NCBI GenBank assembly: GCA_021613535.1
Contig: CP075494.1
Coordinates: forward strand, 9,362,001 to 9,426,000
Direction: 5' to 3'
DNA length: 64,000 bases
Origin: Adineta vaga
Taxonomy: Eukaryota > Animalia > Rotifera
The position numbers and the translations under genes were made by a program. The notes under the pieces were generated by a model. The model made no database searches, was not told where the DNA came from, and saw only the letters and a list, made by a program, of their open reading frames with translations. Shown piece by piece: positions 27,401-50,232 of this stretch (positions are counted from its first letter, which is position 1; each line of letters starts with the position of its first letter).

Positions 27401-28510
27401 AGGTTATTCCAATTCAACATACATTAATACGAGATATCAGTGCTATACGAGTGTATTTACCCGATGATTTACGCCCGAAAGAAGCTCGACAAAGTGTATT
27501 AAAATCTGTTCAAGATATCAAACAACGACATCCATCTGGTCTACCATTACTTGATCCAGCAAAAGATATGGGTATAAAATCATCGGATATGATTTCATGT
27601 GTCAAACAATATTCCGTGTTACAAAAACGTTTGAATGAACATCCCTTATCGAAAAATTCTCAATTGAAACTCATTTACGAACAATATGAACGTAAAGCAA
27701 ATATTGAAAATCAAGTTAATGAAGCAAAAAATGAATTGAAAAAAGCTCAATCCTTATTACAAATTGGTGATTTAAAACGTTATAAACGTGTTCTTCGTCG
27801 ATTAGGTTATTGTAATTCAGCAGATGTTATCGATTTGAAAGGACGTGTTGCTTGTGAAATTGATACAGGAGATGAACTTGTAACAACAGAATTATTATTT
27901 AATGGTGTTTTTAATGATTTAACTGTTAGTCAAGCATGTGCTCTATTGAGTTGTTTCGTTTTTCAAGAAAAAGCCAATGAAATGCCAAAATTACCACAAG
28001 AATTATCGGGACCTCTACGTCTTCTTCAAGTATGTAAACAGACTTGATAGATCGTCTTCAATCGAGATTGTTTTAGGAAACTGCTCGTCGAGTAGCACGA
28101 GTCTCAATTGAAAGTAAAATCGATATGGATGAAGAACGTTATGTCGATGGGTTTAAACCATACATGATGGATGTTGTCAGAGCGTGGGTTGATGGGCAAA
28201 GTTTTGCAAATATTTGCAAAATGACAACTATTTTCGAAGGTAAATAGTTTTGGAAAGAGAAAAATCGAATATTATCATTTGATTTCAATAGGATCTATTG
28301 TACGTTGTATGCGACGATTGGAAGAACTTCTTCGACAGATGTGTTGTGCTGCAAAAGCAATCGGTAATAGTGAATTGGAAGCGAAGTTTACAGAAGGTAA
28401 ATCAAATTTAGAAAGAGAAAAAACTGAAGTTTAGTTTTGAACTTCTTCTTTTTTCAGGTACTCAAAAGATCAAACGTGATATCGTATTTGCAGCATCGCT
28501 GTATTTATAA
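24405..28510 (+). CDS. MTREX: Exosome RNA helicase MTR4 (Ski2-like DExH helicase), multi-exon
   Basis: [56 protein letters not shown], an arch domain and C-terminal [12 protein letters not shown]. Exons are in frame. Confidence 0.97.
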
Positions 28511-30502
28511 ATGTGGAAAAATTCCAATGAACATCAGTTTATTCTTGTGTTTATGTGTTGTTTGTTAAATAAAACAGATTGAATATCAGTTACACATGAA
28601 TCCAATGATAAAGAAAACTTTAGCAGAGGTGAACGATGATGAGATTCAGATGCAGTTGAAATTGAAAATTATTTGGCATAAATTTATTCTAAAAGGACAG
28701 CTGGTACCATATTTTGAAATGATATAATATTCTTCTCCAATGATTGGAGTTTCATATGACATAAACAATCTGTTTTTTATTGATAGATTTCGATGTAAGT
28801 CTAACTTTGATATACATGTCTTAAAGAGATTATAGACGAAGGTGTAGATGTGGAAAAACAATTAATGAAGATTTTTTTGTTTTTGGTATTATAGAAATAT
28901 ATTTATATATAAATTAATTCGGTTAGTTCAATAGGATGAATATTAATCGTATCGAATATGAATTTTATTGAATATTTGACATTAGAACTACCTTAAAAAA
29001 AGACTTGAATAGCTAATTCGATCAAGACAATGCCATTATAAACATGCGTTTTCTTCGAAACAAAAGCATCTTTATTCTTATAATGGTGTCTCCCAGCTGG
29101 CGTCACAAAATAATAAGTATGCGTTGAGAATGAGTGGGCTTTAATGTTGTGTACATGTAGGATGAAGCTATGTCGATCATAGACAGATCAATATGTAGAT
29201 ACATAGATAGATCGATAGATAAAGAAGAAAAAAGAATAGTAATTCGATCAGATCATCACATGCATTACTATTCAAATGATAGTTGTAAGAAATGACAACA
29301 GGAAAAGAAAATACTTGGTGATTGTCATATGAGATTGATAGGAAAGTTAGTATTCATACCCGTCTTATCACTAACAGGTATAATCTAATGAAGTATTTAT
29401 TGAATATAAATGACATATTAAACTTTTGAGTAGTCAACCAATGTGTCTATTCGATAGCTCGAAGTCATATAAGGCCTAGTTAGTATTAACTGTTCAAAAA
29501 GTAGTTTATTGCGATCGTTTCTTTTAAAGGACAATACTACAGAAAGGAAACTATTTTCAATAAAAAGATCAAAATGGGTTTGTTATTAGAAAAAAATTTG
29601 TTAGAATATAGAAGAAAGAGAGGACGAGAGAAGAAGGCGAAAAAGAAGAGACGATAGTGGTGGTAATGGTAAAAGAAGAAGAAGAAAACCATGACTGTTA
29701 AACGACCAACGACTCGAATAAACATGCAAGGATAAAGAAATGAGAAGAAATACGTCGGATCGTTATTAAATTGTTTTTTCTTGAAAAATTTTCCTTTATC
29801 GGTAATTTCATCGAAAATAACGGTTAGTCACGTTTTCTTCTAGAGATCTTTTCTACTTCTTCTCAGTATAATTCAAATTCTATCTATGTCAAAAAATAAT
29901 GATGTGAGTGTTTGATAAACCAATTGTAATTAATTTTTTTTATCAAATCTATATTAATAGAATCGTTACCGGGTAAGTTCATTTCATCGTTACTTTCACG
30001 CCCAACTAATTATTCTATGTCGACACATCATTTCTGTTCGATGAAGTTTGAGGCAAAACGGAAAAAGAGCTCAAAGTTTTTTTTTCTTCTCTCTCTCTCA
30101 TCGTCTCCATAATAATGTTACTTCTATCCGGTCCCTGTAGCCATTCTGTTGAATTCTTCTTATTCCAAATATACACATACATCAGAATTCTTGCTGTGCT
30201 CATTTATTCATTCATACAACACAAATTTTTCTCTTCATCAATATGTAGTATTTGTTCTTATTTTCCGTTCCTGTTTGCTTCATTAATGTTGCTTTCTTTT
30301 CAGTATCTTCGGACATTTTTGCTCGACTGAGTACTGAAACAAGCGAATGGTTCATTAACATCTCTGTTTAAATGCATATTTTAATTATCATTCACTGTTA
30401 TTAATACAACATATATCTTTTCTCATTACCTTCCATTACATCTCATCTATTTTCATTCGACGTGTCACTTTTTTTTGACGAAGATTTTCTTAAATCTTAA
30501 CG

Positions 30503-39428
<8,926 letters not shown>

Positions 39429-40490
39429 AAGAAAATTTTACCGATCGAAACAAATTATAATGAACTGAACATTTCTTTTGAGTAACAAAAAAGATTTCAA
39501 ACGCTTTGGGATGCGTTTTGATTATTCTCTTTTTCTTTGTTTTTTTCTTTTCTTTCGACTTCTATTTATAGCTGTGCGGTTTTCGTTTTTGCAGCAATAT
39601 CATTCTTTTTCTCTTCTTCTTCTTCTTCATGTATAGATCTGTGTTATCAGATTTTCTTTTTTCGTTTGACCTATTTTCAATCCATATCCTGTGAGTTTTT
39701 TTTTGACTGATTGTGTGCTGTTTTTCTCGGTGTTGTTATTATTGTCTGTAATTGTTCTTATTGACGAAAAACTTCTTTTCTTTCTTTTTTTTTCTCTCTC
39801 TCTCTCAACTTTATCTTGTCTTGTCTTTTGTCTTATTTTAAAACATTCGCCTGTTTTCGGTACATCGAAAAAAGAAAACCTATAGATATATATCTTTGAT
39901 TTCTCTCTTAAGTATAGTCATATGCGGAATGATCTCTCCGAATTTGCAAAATTTTATTCGGAAGCATGAATAATTCGACTTCGGGACATGATAAATGCAA
40001 ATTATTTATGCAATTTTGGTAAAAGGATTAATTCAAGCTATATTAATAGTACTTTTGTAACGACTAAATTTAGACTATTGGGAAGGTAAATATTTTGCGG
40101 CCGAAATTTCGATAGATTTCAAGGCCATTATTATTGTGAAATATTCGAGCTGTTGTTTTGATTCGTCTGTTTCGTAAACGATTTTTTCTTGTCGATAAAA
40201 TGTATCATTTGAAAAAAATGAATTTTGTGATCGAAAACAAATAATTGATATACGAATTCAATCTCATATTAGTCTTACGGACATTATTTTTGTCGGTAAT
40301 CGATATGATATGTTTTCATTGTAAAAAGATATTCTACGTCAGTCAAATGATTATTATATTTTTTTTAAGAAACCTTTTAATACATAAGTCGTTAAACATT
40401 AAAATCTATTTCTTAAATATCTGTTCATAAAACAGTCCATTTATTAAAACCAAATAGTTGTTCTTTCACAAAAGCAAAACAGATTCTGAA

Positions 40491-42358
40491 TTAGACTTCT
40501 TTAATATATTTAGTAGGTACTCCAAAATCTTCTTTTAATAAACGAGTAGCAAATGAAACTTGATTGCCCTGTGCCATAACAACTCGACCACTACGTTGTC
40601 TTTCATCTGCTTCATTAATAACTGCACTAACGGAAGCACCTTGTCGAATTCGTTTACATAATTCACTTAGATCTATTTGATAGATATCTAAATGACGAAT
40701 AAATGTTTGTCGTTTACGATTTCTATCAATACATTCAAGTTCAATCGGTTGAATATGTCCATTTATACGAATAGGTTGTTCAAGATGACTAAACATCAAT
40801 TCAGTGCATGGAGTCATTACATCAAAAACAGCAGCATTCAGTTCATTCCATCCAACTAATGTCGTTGATGCATCCATTTTTTTAGAAAGATGTGCAAGAA
40901 TCGGATCTAGTTTGACTTGCTTTTCATTATTTAAATTATTTCGTATAACATATGATCGGACAGCTTGTCGAATTTCATCAGCACGAAGATAATGAGTTGA
41001 TGATGAACAACCAAGAAGTTGATTAACACGTGAATTTGTTTTCCATAATTCATTGATTGTTGGAAATGTATATTTTACAACTGGATGTTCAGTTTCAGTA
41101 GCTGCGACAGTAGCATTTGATGCTTTAGTTAAATAAGTTTTCAACCATGAAGGTGTACGAAAATGATCTAATTGTCCATTGTTCGTTAAATTGAATGATG
41201 CGATTGCAAGTACACCAGGTTTTGTTTCTTCAAGAGATATTAGATTATTGATTTGTTGTTGATGTTGAAGAAATTTGCCAAATTTCTTATGTGAACTTAA
41301 TTTTAAATCGAGTGTTAAACCGGGAACACAATCTTGCATCACTGTATAGAAATGTGATGCTAAGAGAGGTAAATCGTATGATTTCGCTTTTCGTTGACAT
41401 AAATAGAAGAAGATTGTATCGAGAATTTCATCCATAGAATCTGGGTGTGCTGGAGATTCATTGGAAATTGATACTAGAAATATGAGAAAACAATTAATTC
41501 GAATAGAGATCTAAGAACTTCGTCAAATGTCATTGAATATTGTTCATTTTCCAGTTTGTTTCCTCAGACTTGGCGTACGTTATAAAGATACAACTGAACA
41601 TTTCAGTATGTAAGTTTAATTTCGAACTAACCTGGTATAGATTCTTCATTTAAATTCAAAGCAGCAACATCCGTTGTAGCTTGAGCACATGCTTGTTCTG
41701 TATCTTGATTAGCTTTTTCTTGAGGATTGCTAAATAATGGTTGTGGTTCTTTTTCATAAGGTACTTCACTTCTTGGTCCGAAATTCCATAGAGCATCTTG
41801 ATACAAATGTATAGGTACAACACCACGTCCTTTCATTCCACTCATATACATATCTTCTCCATCCATAGTTGTTTGTCCAATACCTATTGGATATCGATTA
41901 TCATCTAGACAAATAGCACAAAGATCATCTCGTTTAACATGTCGAAATGTGTGTAATGTAACACCACCAAGTGGTAAAAGTAATCCAGGTAACATTAAAT
42001 CAGCACCATTCATCAATTTATTAAAAACATGTTTATGTGTATGAAATTTTAATGCTATTAAATCTGGACATTTCCATAGTAAATAAACAGTAGGAAGAAT
42101 ACGTTCAGTTTTATTTGATGAATCTTCCACAACGAAAAACCACGGAATTTTATTTGTAGAATAGACGAAAATATCATCACCAGTACTTAATAGTAGTTTA
42201 CATGATGTAAAATCTTCACCTTTACCTAATGGAATAATTAATGAAAGAATATCATCGGACACTGATGGATAAGCTTGTTGAAATTGTTGTCGAAGCTTTT
42301 TTCGATCAGATGACTTGACTTGAGTGTTTCCTTTGGATTTAAAATCTTTACGAAACAT
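40491..42358 (-). CDS. EIF2D: Eukaryotic translation initiation factor 2D (ligatin; PUA, SWIB, SUI1); intron 41474-41631
   Basis: MFRKDFKSKGNTQVKSSDRKKLR, LPTVYLLW, GADLMLPG, MKGRGV, LDLKLSSHKKFGKFLQ, a SWIB-like segment and SUI1-like VMAQGNQV...FGVPTKYI. Confidence 0.92.
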
Positions 42359-42793
42359 AATCTAGAAAAAAATAAGATGAATAGAAATAAATCAACTTAT
42401 TACTTCTTATTGAAAGAAAAACTAAAACTAATCTAGTTACTATCAGCATGCACTAATCACTATAAATCTTGTTCAAGATATTTTTCAGAATTAGCTGGAG
42501 AATAATATATATTCATGTAATTCAGAAGATCAGAGCTTGTATCCTATCAACATTTTATACATATTGTTCGCAGTTCGAATCTCTCATTGTTTGATAGACT
42601 TGAGAAGATTTACAGGTGGGTGTTCTGCGAACGTTTATGAATCTACCATAGAATAATGAATCAAAGACAATCCTTCTATTGTATAATAAACAGATTTAAA
42701 TATTTCACGTTAGTTTTTTTTATTACAGAAACGACATTTAAATACGACAACAATAACAACAAATAAGATTTTTCTTCGAATATCAAAGCATTT

Positions 42794-44561
42794 TTATTGC
42801 CAAAGAGAGTCAGATGCTGCTGACATGTATTCTGTAATAGGACGCATTGGTATATTCGACATTGGTCTACTTGTTGAAACATTAGGTTTCGAATTCGTAA
42901 ATGGTACGAACTAAATCACAAGGAGTGAAAAAATTTATACAAAAAAAGAGACGAAACAGATAATATACTTGATTGTTTGCAAATGTCGATGGATGCATTT
43001 CGCTGTGAAATGGAAATGATTGCTAAGAAGAACAAATTTATTATGAAAATTTATTAATTATATTCGAAAAATTTTACTTGAACGGCCGGTCTGATGTTAC
43101 TAGCATGTTGAGAGAGATTGGTACTGATGGACATCGATTTTTGTAGCGGAATGAATTGAGAATGTTGTGTTGAAGGTGGATAGGCAAAAATAGATGATGA
43201 AACTGAAATAAGAAGAAACGTATTTGAGTTTAGTGAATAGATGTATTACGGAGAAAATGTTCTTTCTATAAGTTTTATAGACTACAACACATACCACTCG
43301 AATGATGGTTCGCAATAGGTCGAAAATTCATGCCTGGTGGTGTTATTGCAACTGTCTGTGGTTTGTTAAATAAAGCCATAATTTTCTCATTACTTATGAT
43401 TCCACCATCGTTCGTCGCAGAATAATTCGAAAAAGTAAATGCACTTTCTAAATCTTTATCAATAATTTGTACTGGTGAATTGACTTCATTCTTATTTCCA
43501 GAAGTTGAAATCGATAATTCCTGTAAAGGATCCAATAAATCACATGGAGCAATATTATTCGTAGAAGGTAACGATGGTTCATCTGAATACAAGATAAAAA
43601 CATGAACGAAATTTTCATTTTCAAACGTTGTTATACTTTCATACCTAGATTTAACAGATCTTGAGTATGACTATCTTCACTTGGTGTTTTGACAGGAGGT
43701 GGTGATAATTGTACAGATCTGTTGGTCATATGGGGCATTACAAATGGTTTTATCTTGGTAACAGATTTTTTCATCTAAATTATAAAATTTTGTCACAGTT
43801 TTGTAATTCCTATTTACGAACTGATGTCGGTTCCGATAATGTTTCAATTGATCGTTGATTTATTTCTGATTCCATTTGCTAGAAAATTATTGAACGTTTA
43901 ATTTCGTGAATAAAAATTAATTAACAACATTAAGCAACAATCACGAAACAACACTGATATATCTAAGCACCGTCATTTCAGGTGGAATCCACTCCTTAGC
44001 AATCCATTTCCGTTGTTCATATTTTGATCGTATAAATGCTTCTAATGTTCTAAACAAAATCGAATATTCAATTCTCTTTCTATTAATCAAGTATTTATCA
44101 CATACGAATCCGATTGTGGTCGACGAAATCCATCGGGTAAATTGGCTTCATATACGGCACGTGCTCGACTATTACCCATGATTTGCATTGCCTATATTAA
44201 ATAGTAGAAGTTTGTTGTTGAAAAACAAACATATCAATGTTTTCCTACCGCAATTTGTTCACTTGTCCAAGAATCTAAATTAACTGATTTGACTTTTGAA
44301 ATATGCACACCTAAATTTCGATGAAAACCAGCACAACGTATACAAATAAATACACCAATATTCCAACTAGCCCATCGTGGACCTAAAACAAAGGTTTCAA
44401 TAATATTTATTTTTCAATTAAAACAAGTATCGAATGTCTTTCTTACTTTTTGTGTCGCAATCAACACAATATTTGTTATCTTCTTCTCTAAGCATTTGTG
44501 TTAGTATCACTTGATGCTTTTCGTGCATTTTTGATTTTTCACGTTCGGAACGGAATGCCAT
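42794..44561 (-). CDS. SMAP1: Stromal membrane-associated protein (SMAP1/2-like ArfGAP)
   Basis: Missed as a whole by the ORF track. Spliced translation gives [63 protein letters not shown], a clathrin-box-like DLLNLD, KIMALF and a C-terminal SLWQ*. Confidence 0.9.
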
Positions 44562-44674
44562 AATAATGATTTCTTTCTAAAATTGACTAAAGTTTACTTC
44601 ATATTACCTGTTTAATATATTAAATTAGTATAGAAGAATGTCACAATAAAATTTAATTGGATCATAGAGAATCA

Positions 44675-44683
44675 CCAATCAGA
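44675..44683 (+). promoter_or_regulatory. CCAAT/NF-Y box about 115 bp upstream of the SMAP ATG
   Basis: Exact CCAATCAGA. Confidence 0.45.
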
Positions 44684-46058
44684 TTGAATGTATGTCACTC
44701 ACTCATTCACTCATTGTTTTGTTTTTTTACATATATGATAAATTTGTTATTCTGATGATCTATGACAGGAAATAAGTCAGTCATTTGCAAAGATTTTGTA
44801 TCACGAGAGACTTAGCTTCCACTACTTTCTCGTCATCATCACTAACGAGAATAACTTGTAAAGATAGAATACATTAAATGGAAAGAAAAGGAAGAAAAAC
44901 AGAACAAGATCAAACAATTAGATACAATGCTTAAGTATATACCCACCAACAAGATGGATAACTGTCATTGAAGGAATTGTTGTTATCTCGGTCTGTTCTT
45001 CCTCTATGACCTCAAACTATACACACCTTGTTATGCATCGAAATTCTTGATGGAAACTGATAGACATAGAAAAACATTGTCGTTTGTATTCTTTTGACAA
45101 GACATGATGTATTTTATCATTAATATTAACACTCGAGAATGACAGTTTTGAAGGACAAAGAGATAATTATCTCTAACGTGCTAATACCACTAAAGAGAAC
45201 ATTCTTGCTCTGGTTTCATGTACATACTTTGCTTTTGTCTATGAATATATCTCAGTCAGAATCTGGAAGTCTGTTTAATCAATTTTCAATATAAATGAAA
45301 ACAACGTCATATACTTGTTGTTTGTTTATATGAGTAAAATGATATGAAATATAAAAAAAACGGAAGATAATGAGTTGTTACATCCAGCTAAGAAAGAAAA
45401 ATAATAATTAAATTTAATTACTATCTTGTTAAAATTCTCTTCTCCCGAATGGATACAAATATTTCTTCATTTCTTCTCTTCCGATCATAATCAAGTGATT
45501 AAAGACAAATTCTACTCATGTCATTGTTCGTCAGTTCTAAACATGCATAGTCTATATAATTTTCTACATCGATCTACAAGGTAAAAATTGTTTTTCTTAC
45601 TCTTAGTGATTAAATGTGACCACTGATGCTTTTCAACAGCGCATAAATCACATGTGTTAATTGCTAACTGTCTACTTGTTACACTTCTAGTTGTATTGAT
45701 GATAATACTAACGTGTGTACTCAACAGTTGCCTAAATGCCGATCTCTCTCTCTTCGTCTTTCCTCGTCTCTTTTTTCCTTTTTTCCCCCTATTGTTCTGA
45801 TCGACCGTAGGATATCATAGCAGACTAATACAGACATACATATGGATATATCTATGATAGTTCAAACTATATGTATTAGATCAGTAAATACTTATGCTAT
45901 AAATAAGACTTCTTATCATCAAGATATTCGATTGGAAACAGATTTTTTCAACGAAACAATAATAAACTTGACTGGATTCGAACGAACAATCTTTTAGTAT
46001 TGTATTTGGTGTATTTTCTCAAGATTTGATTACTTAATTATATATATACTCTTATCAG

Positions 46059-49000
46059 ATGTCTCTTCTTTATTATCGAAGTTTCAATGAGATTGTTGAT
46101 GTCGTTCGTCAACGTGTCACAGTGAGGTAAGTCATACGTTAATTCATTTTCTTCGGGTTTTTTTTTCAACAGTTAAATTTCCATTTTATTCCAAATACGA
46201 GATCGGAGTAGAAGAAAATACATTCTTGAAAAAAACCAATGATATCAACTGAAAGGTCATTTAATTTTGCTATGTTTTTGATTATGAGATACTTTATTGT
46301 CACATTCAGACGTTCTACGAAGGAAAGATTGTATATAGAAAAGGAAAAGTCTTAGTTATATCATCATAAATGGAAAGAAAATGTAGTATTTCGAGGGAAA
46401 ATGTTATATTATTTATACATTGATTCGATATAGAATAGTTAATTTTTATCAGATCTATGCTTAAAGAAAGAAAGAAAGAGAGAGAAACATTCGTAGTTTA
46501 CATTTTCTTCGAAAGATAATGGTATTGAAGTGTTTATAACTATTAATTGAGAAAACAAATGTAAAACATTCTTCTGGAATGTACACTTATCTTTAGAAAT
46601 AATCATTTCTTCTTTCATGTGAAAAAATAATGATAGAATCTCGAACAATCGATTTGTCCATGTACAGTTAGTTTCTCTTCGAATAAACTTTGATAATATA
46701 GTTTTTCATAGTACAAGTTTTCTTGTTGAATTTAATGAATAATATTCTATAGAGAAATACATTAATCAATAACATTTGCTTGGCGACATGTTTCTCTATC
46801 CGTTTTATCACATTCTTGATCTGATCGAATTGAGATATAAATATACTTCTTCAATCATTTTCTTATGTCTCTTGAGAAATTTTAGACCGATCTTTTCTAT
46901 CTGTTTCTCTCCGATGAAGCTTATTAATCGCCATACATTCTCTTGAGTAAACCAATGATTTCCTATGCATGTCACTCGATCAAGTGGAATGGTATTACAA
47001 GAAACGGCTCATTGAATGCCCAAGCAACACACACACACACACACAAAGAAGAAAAAGAAACAGAATATATAATATGTATATATACTAAGAGATAAATAAA
47101 TGCCTATATCATTAATTTTTTGGTAAGAAACAAGTGTATTCAAATAAGCATAATTCCCTATTCAAATTGTTATCAACGATCGAAGAGATGAGAGATCAAA
47201 AACAAGTTAAGGTAAAAGAATGTTTTCTATTCTTCTAAATTCTATGGTCGAATATCTTTTGTAATTTGTTCTTTTTTTTCTGGTTGATTACATGAAATTC
47301 ATAACCCCGAGGAAAAAAAGAAAAAGGATTCATGTGATAATATGTATTGAATAATCAATACAAAGAGAAAGGATTTTTTAATTAGAACAAAATAAGCCTG
47401 AGAATGTTTTTTCTACATCACATTCATCATCTTCGATGTCGATGTCCGAATCTCAAAGTGAAAGGAGAGAAAAACATGTTCAGTTTGCCGATGACAAACT
47501 TGAACATTGTTATGAATCATCTGTATTTGAAGATGAAAATAATCTTACACTTCATATTCCTGGTGTCTATGATAATGTTTGGACTCCGATAACAAATGAA
47601 GATATCTCGTGAGTATCTTTGATATAGATAAAAAAAAGAAAGATTGATTAAGAAAAATCTGATCATTTATTGTTCTAAAAACATATGTAAAACATCTACT
47701 CGATTGCCGACGAGAAGATTAATAGCATACGTATGAGGAAAGAGATCTGATCGAGTGATTTGTGAGCATAGATGCATTTCTATCGAGGAGAAACAGCGAT
47801 GTGTTGTTGATTTTTGTGGGAACAAAAGTCGATTGTCTTCGTTAAATTAATCTGCAATGTTCTATTTTCATTTGGTCAGGAACCAACGACGAAATGAGCT
47901 GCTTCGTCAGCAGCAAAAGCAAAGTGCTGCCCAGCACCCAACAAACCAATCTCTTCATTCTCAACGTATGGCTAAGTGTAAGAATTGTTGTAAATCTTTA
48001 ACAACGTTTATCTTCTCACGTGTTGGCCTTTGTTTACTTGTTGTGGCATATGCATTTGGTGGTGGAGTTGTCTTTCAATTTCTCGAAGGTCCACATGAAG
48101 GTACAGCTACGGAAGTTGTTCAACGACGTTTACATATAACTGTTGAAAAATTATTTAATACAAGTGAACATGCTAGAGTTTTATATCAAGCAAATTGGAC
48201 ATCGATGGCACGACGAATTTTAGAAGAATATCAACAAGAATTAGTTCGTCAAACTAAACGTGGATATCAAGGTGAACGATTTGGTACTGATGGTGACGAT
48301 GCAAAACAATGGAATTTTGCAGGTGCAATCCTTTATGCTATTACAGTTATTACCACAATTGGTAAAATATTGACTTTGAACAATCTCATATGTTAATAAT
48401 TTTCATCTTGTCTCTTATTTTAGGTTATGGACATATTACTTGGTAAGAATATTTGTTTCTCTCTCTCTCCCTCATCAATCTAGTTTGGGATTAAACTGTA
48501 CATATCAGTTAGATTGCGTAGATAAAGTTTTGGATTGTTGATTGTCGACAAATTTTGTAGCCACGTTGATAATTTGTAGCTGTTACGTCCTTAACCATAT
48601 CAAGTCCTTCTCTTCAATAGCATTCGATATTTGATTACTAAATATTTTTTTAGTTGTACTAAGAATACAATATCAGCATCTGTTAGAAAAATGATATACA
48701 TTGATATAAGAAGAAATCATTTGATCACGATCGAGTAGGTCAATATTAATCGTTTATAAATAAACAAGATGACTTGTACCTTGATCGTTTAAACAAAACA
48801 ATATCTAGAGAATCTAAATCACAAGCCATCTTGTGCTTTATTTATATTACAACAACCTTGAGTAAAATATTGATGGTTACATAAATTTCTCATCTGTTCA
48901 CATATGTGGATTATAAAACATAATTATACACGAAATATAACCTATTAATTTTAAAGCAAGATTGAATTAATATTCATACATGTGAAATTAAGACATATAC

Positions 49001-49686
49001 TAAACTGATGTTCTTCTCGTTTTGTTTTTAGTAAAACTCCTTATGGGAAAATAGTGACCATGATCTATGCAATATTTGGTATTCCTCTCATGTTATTGTG
49101 TTTAGCTAATATTGGTTCAACAATGGCAGATGCATTTCGTTTTATTTATTGTCATGTTTGTTGTTCTTATTGTAATATGGTGAAAAAACGTCGTAATCTT
49201 CGCGCCTTACAATCCGTTGAATTATCGCATAATCCAGCTTCTGGTTCAGCAACATCAGAATCGCTTCCAGCTCTATCATCGAATACAACTGAAGGACAAT
49301 CATCAACAAATGTTGTTGAATTTGTTGATAATTTCAGTATGGATTATCGAAAAACAACAATACCAATTAGTGTTACACTCTCTCTACTATCATCTTATTT
49401 AATTCTTGGAGCTATACTTTTTAGCGAATGGGAAGGATGGAGATTTTTAGATGGTGCTTATTTTTGTTTTGTCACTTTAGCTACAATTGGTTTAGGCGAT
49501 TTAGTACCAGGAAAATCTATAACATCCACTCAAGTTGAAGGTAAACTTGTTATATGTGCTCTTTATGTTCTATTTGGTTTATCCTTAATGGCAATGTGTT
49601 TTAATTTAATGCAAGAAGAAGTTCGAGCAAAATTTCGACGTTTAGGAAATAAACTTGGTATTATTGATGATCCAAATTTTTGGTAA
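46059..49686 (+). CDS. Two-pore domain (K2P/TWK-like) potassium channel; common exons 47880-48361, 48424-48442, 49032-49686; alternative first exons at 46059, 47100, 47436
   Basis: M1 VGLCLLVVAYAFGGGVVF, P1 WNFAGAILYAITVITTIGYG, M2 YAIFGIPLML, P2 WRFLDGAYFCFVTLATIGLGD, M4 YVLFGLSLMAMCFNLMQEEV. Confidence 0.93.
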
Positions 49687-50232
49687 TTATTCAAATAGCA
49701 TCTTTCTTTTTTTTCTCTTTTTCTATTTATAATTAATCATTGTCTTCTTGTTGTTGTTGTTGTTGTTACTACCTTCTTTTGTATTGTAAATGTTTTGGAA
49801 AACAAAACAGAATGAATATCTTCATGTAGTTTATTTCACAAAACTAACAAAGAGAATATGATCATCTTAATCTATTTCCTTGCAAGTTTTTTCGTTGATT
49901 ATGAAGAGGAGAATAACAATAAAACAAACTGTTCGTCTCTTTATTGATACCACAAATGCAAATAAAAGACAAAATTTCGCTTTAACCATGCCAATCTTTC
50001 TTGGAAGAATCTTGATTTTATTGTTTTCTACATGAAATAAAATATGTATTTCTCAATGAAACAACATTCGAACTGACATGCAAGAATAAGAAATAAGAAT
50101 ATAAGATGCATGACATTTTGAATAGCTTTCTTTAGTCATTAAACTGTTTATTATTCCATCATGTTACTTTGTTTGACAAGACATTGTTGTCTGTTCCTTA
50201 CATATTAAGATATTTCTCTCAACAAAACTGAG

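Noticed and set aside
48481-48720. Antisense ~75-codon frame with two stops inside the K2P intron (possible pseudogene fragment)
   Set aside because: No recognisable motif; compatible with chance.
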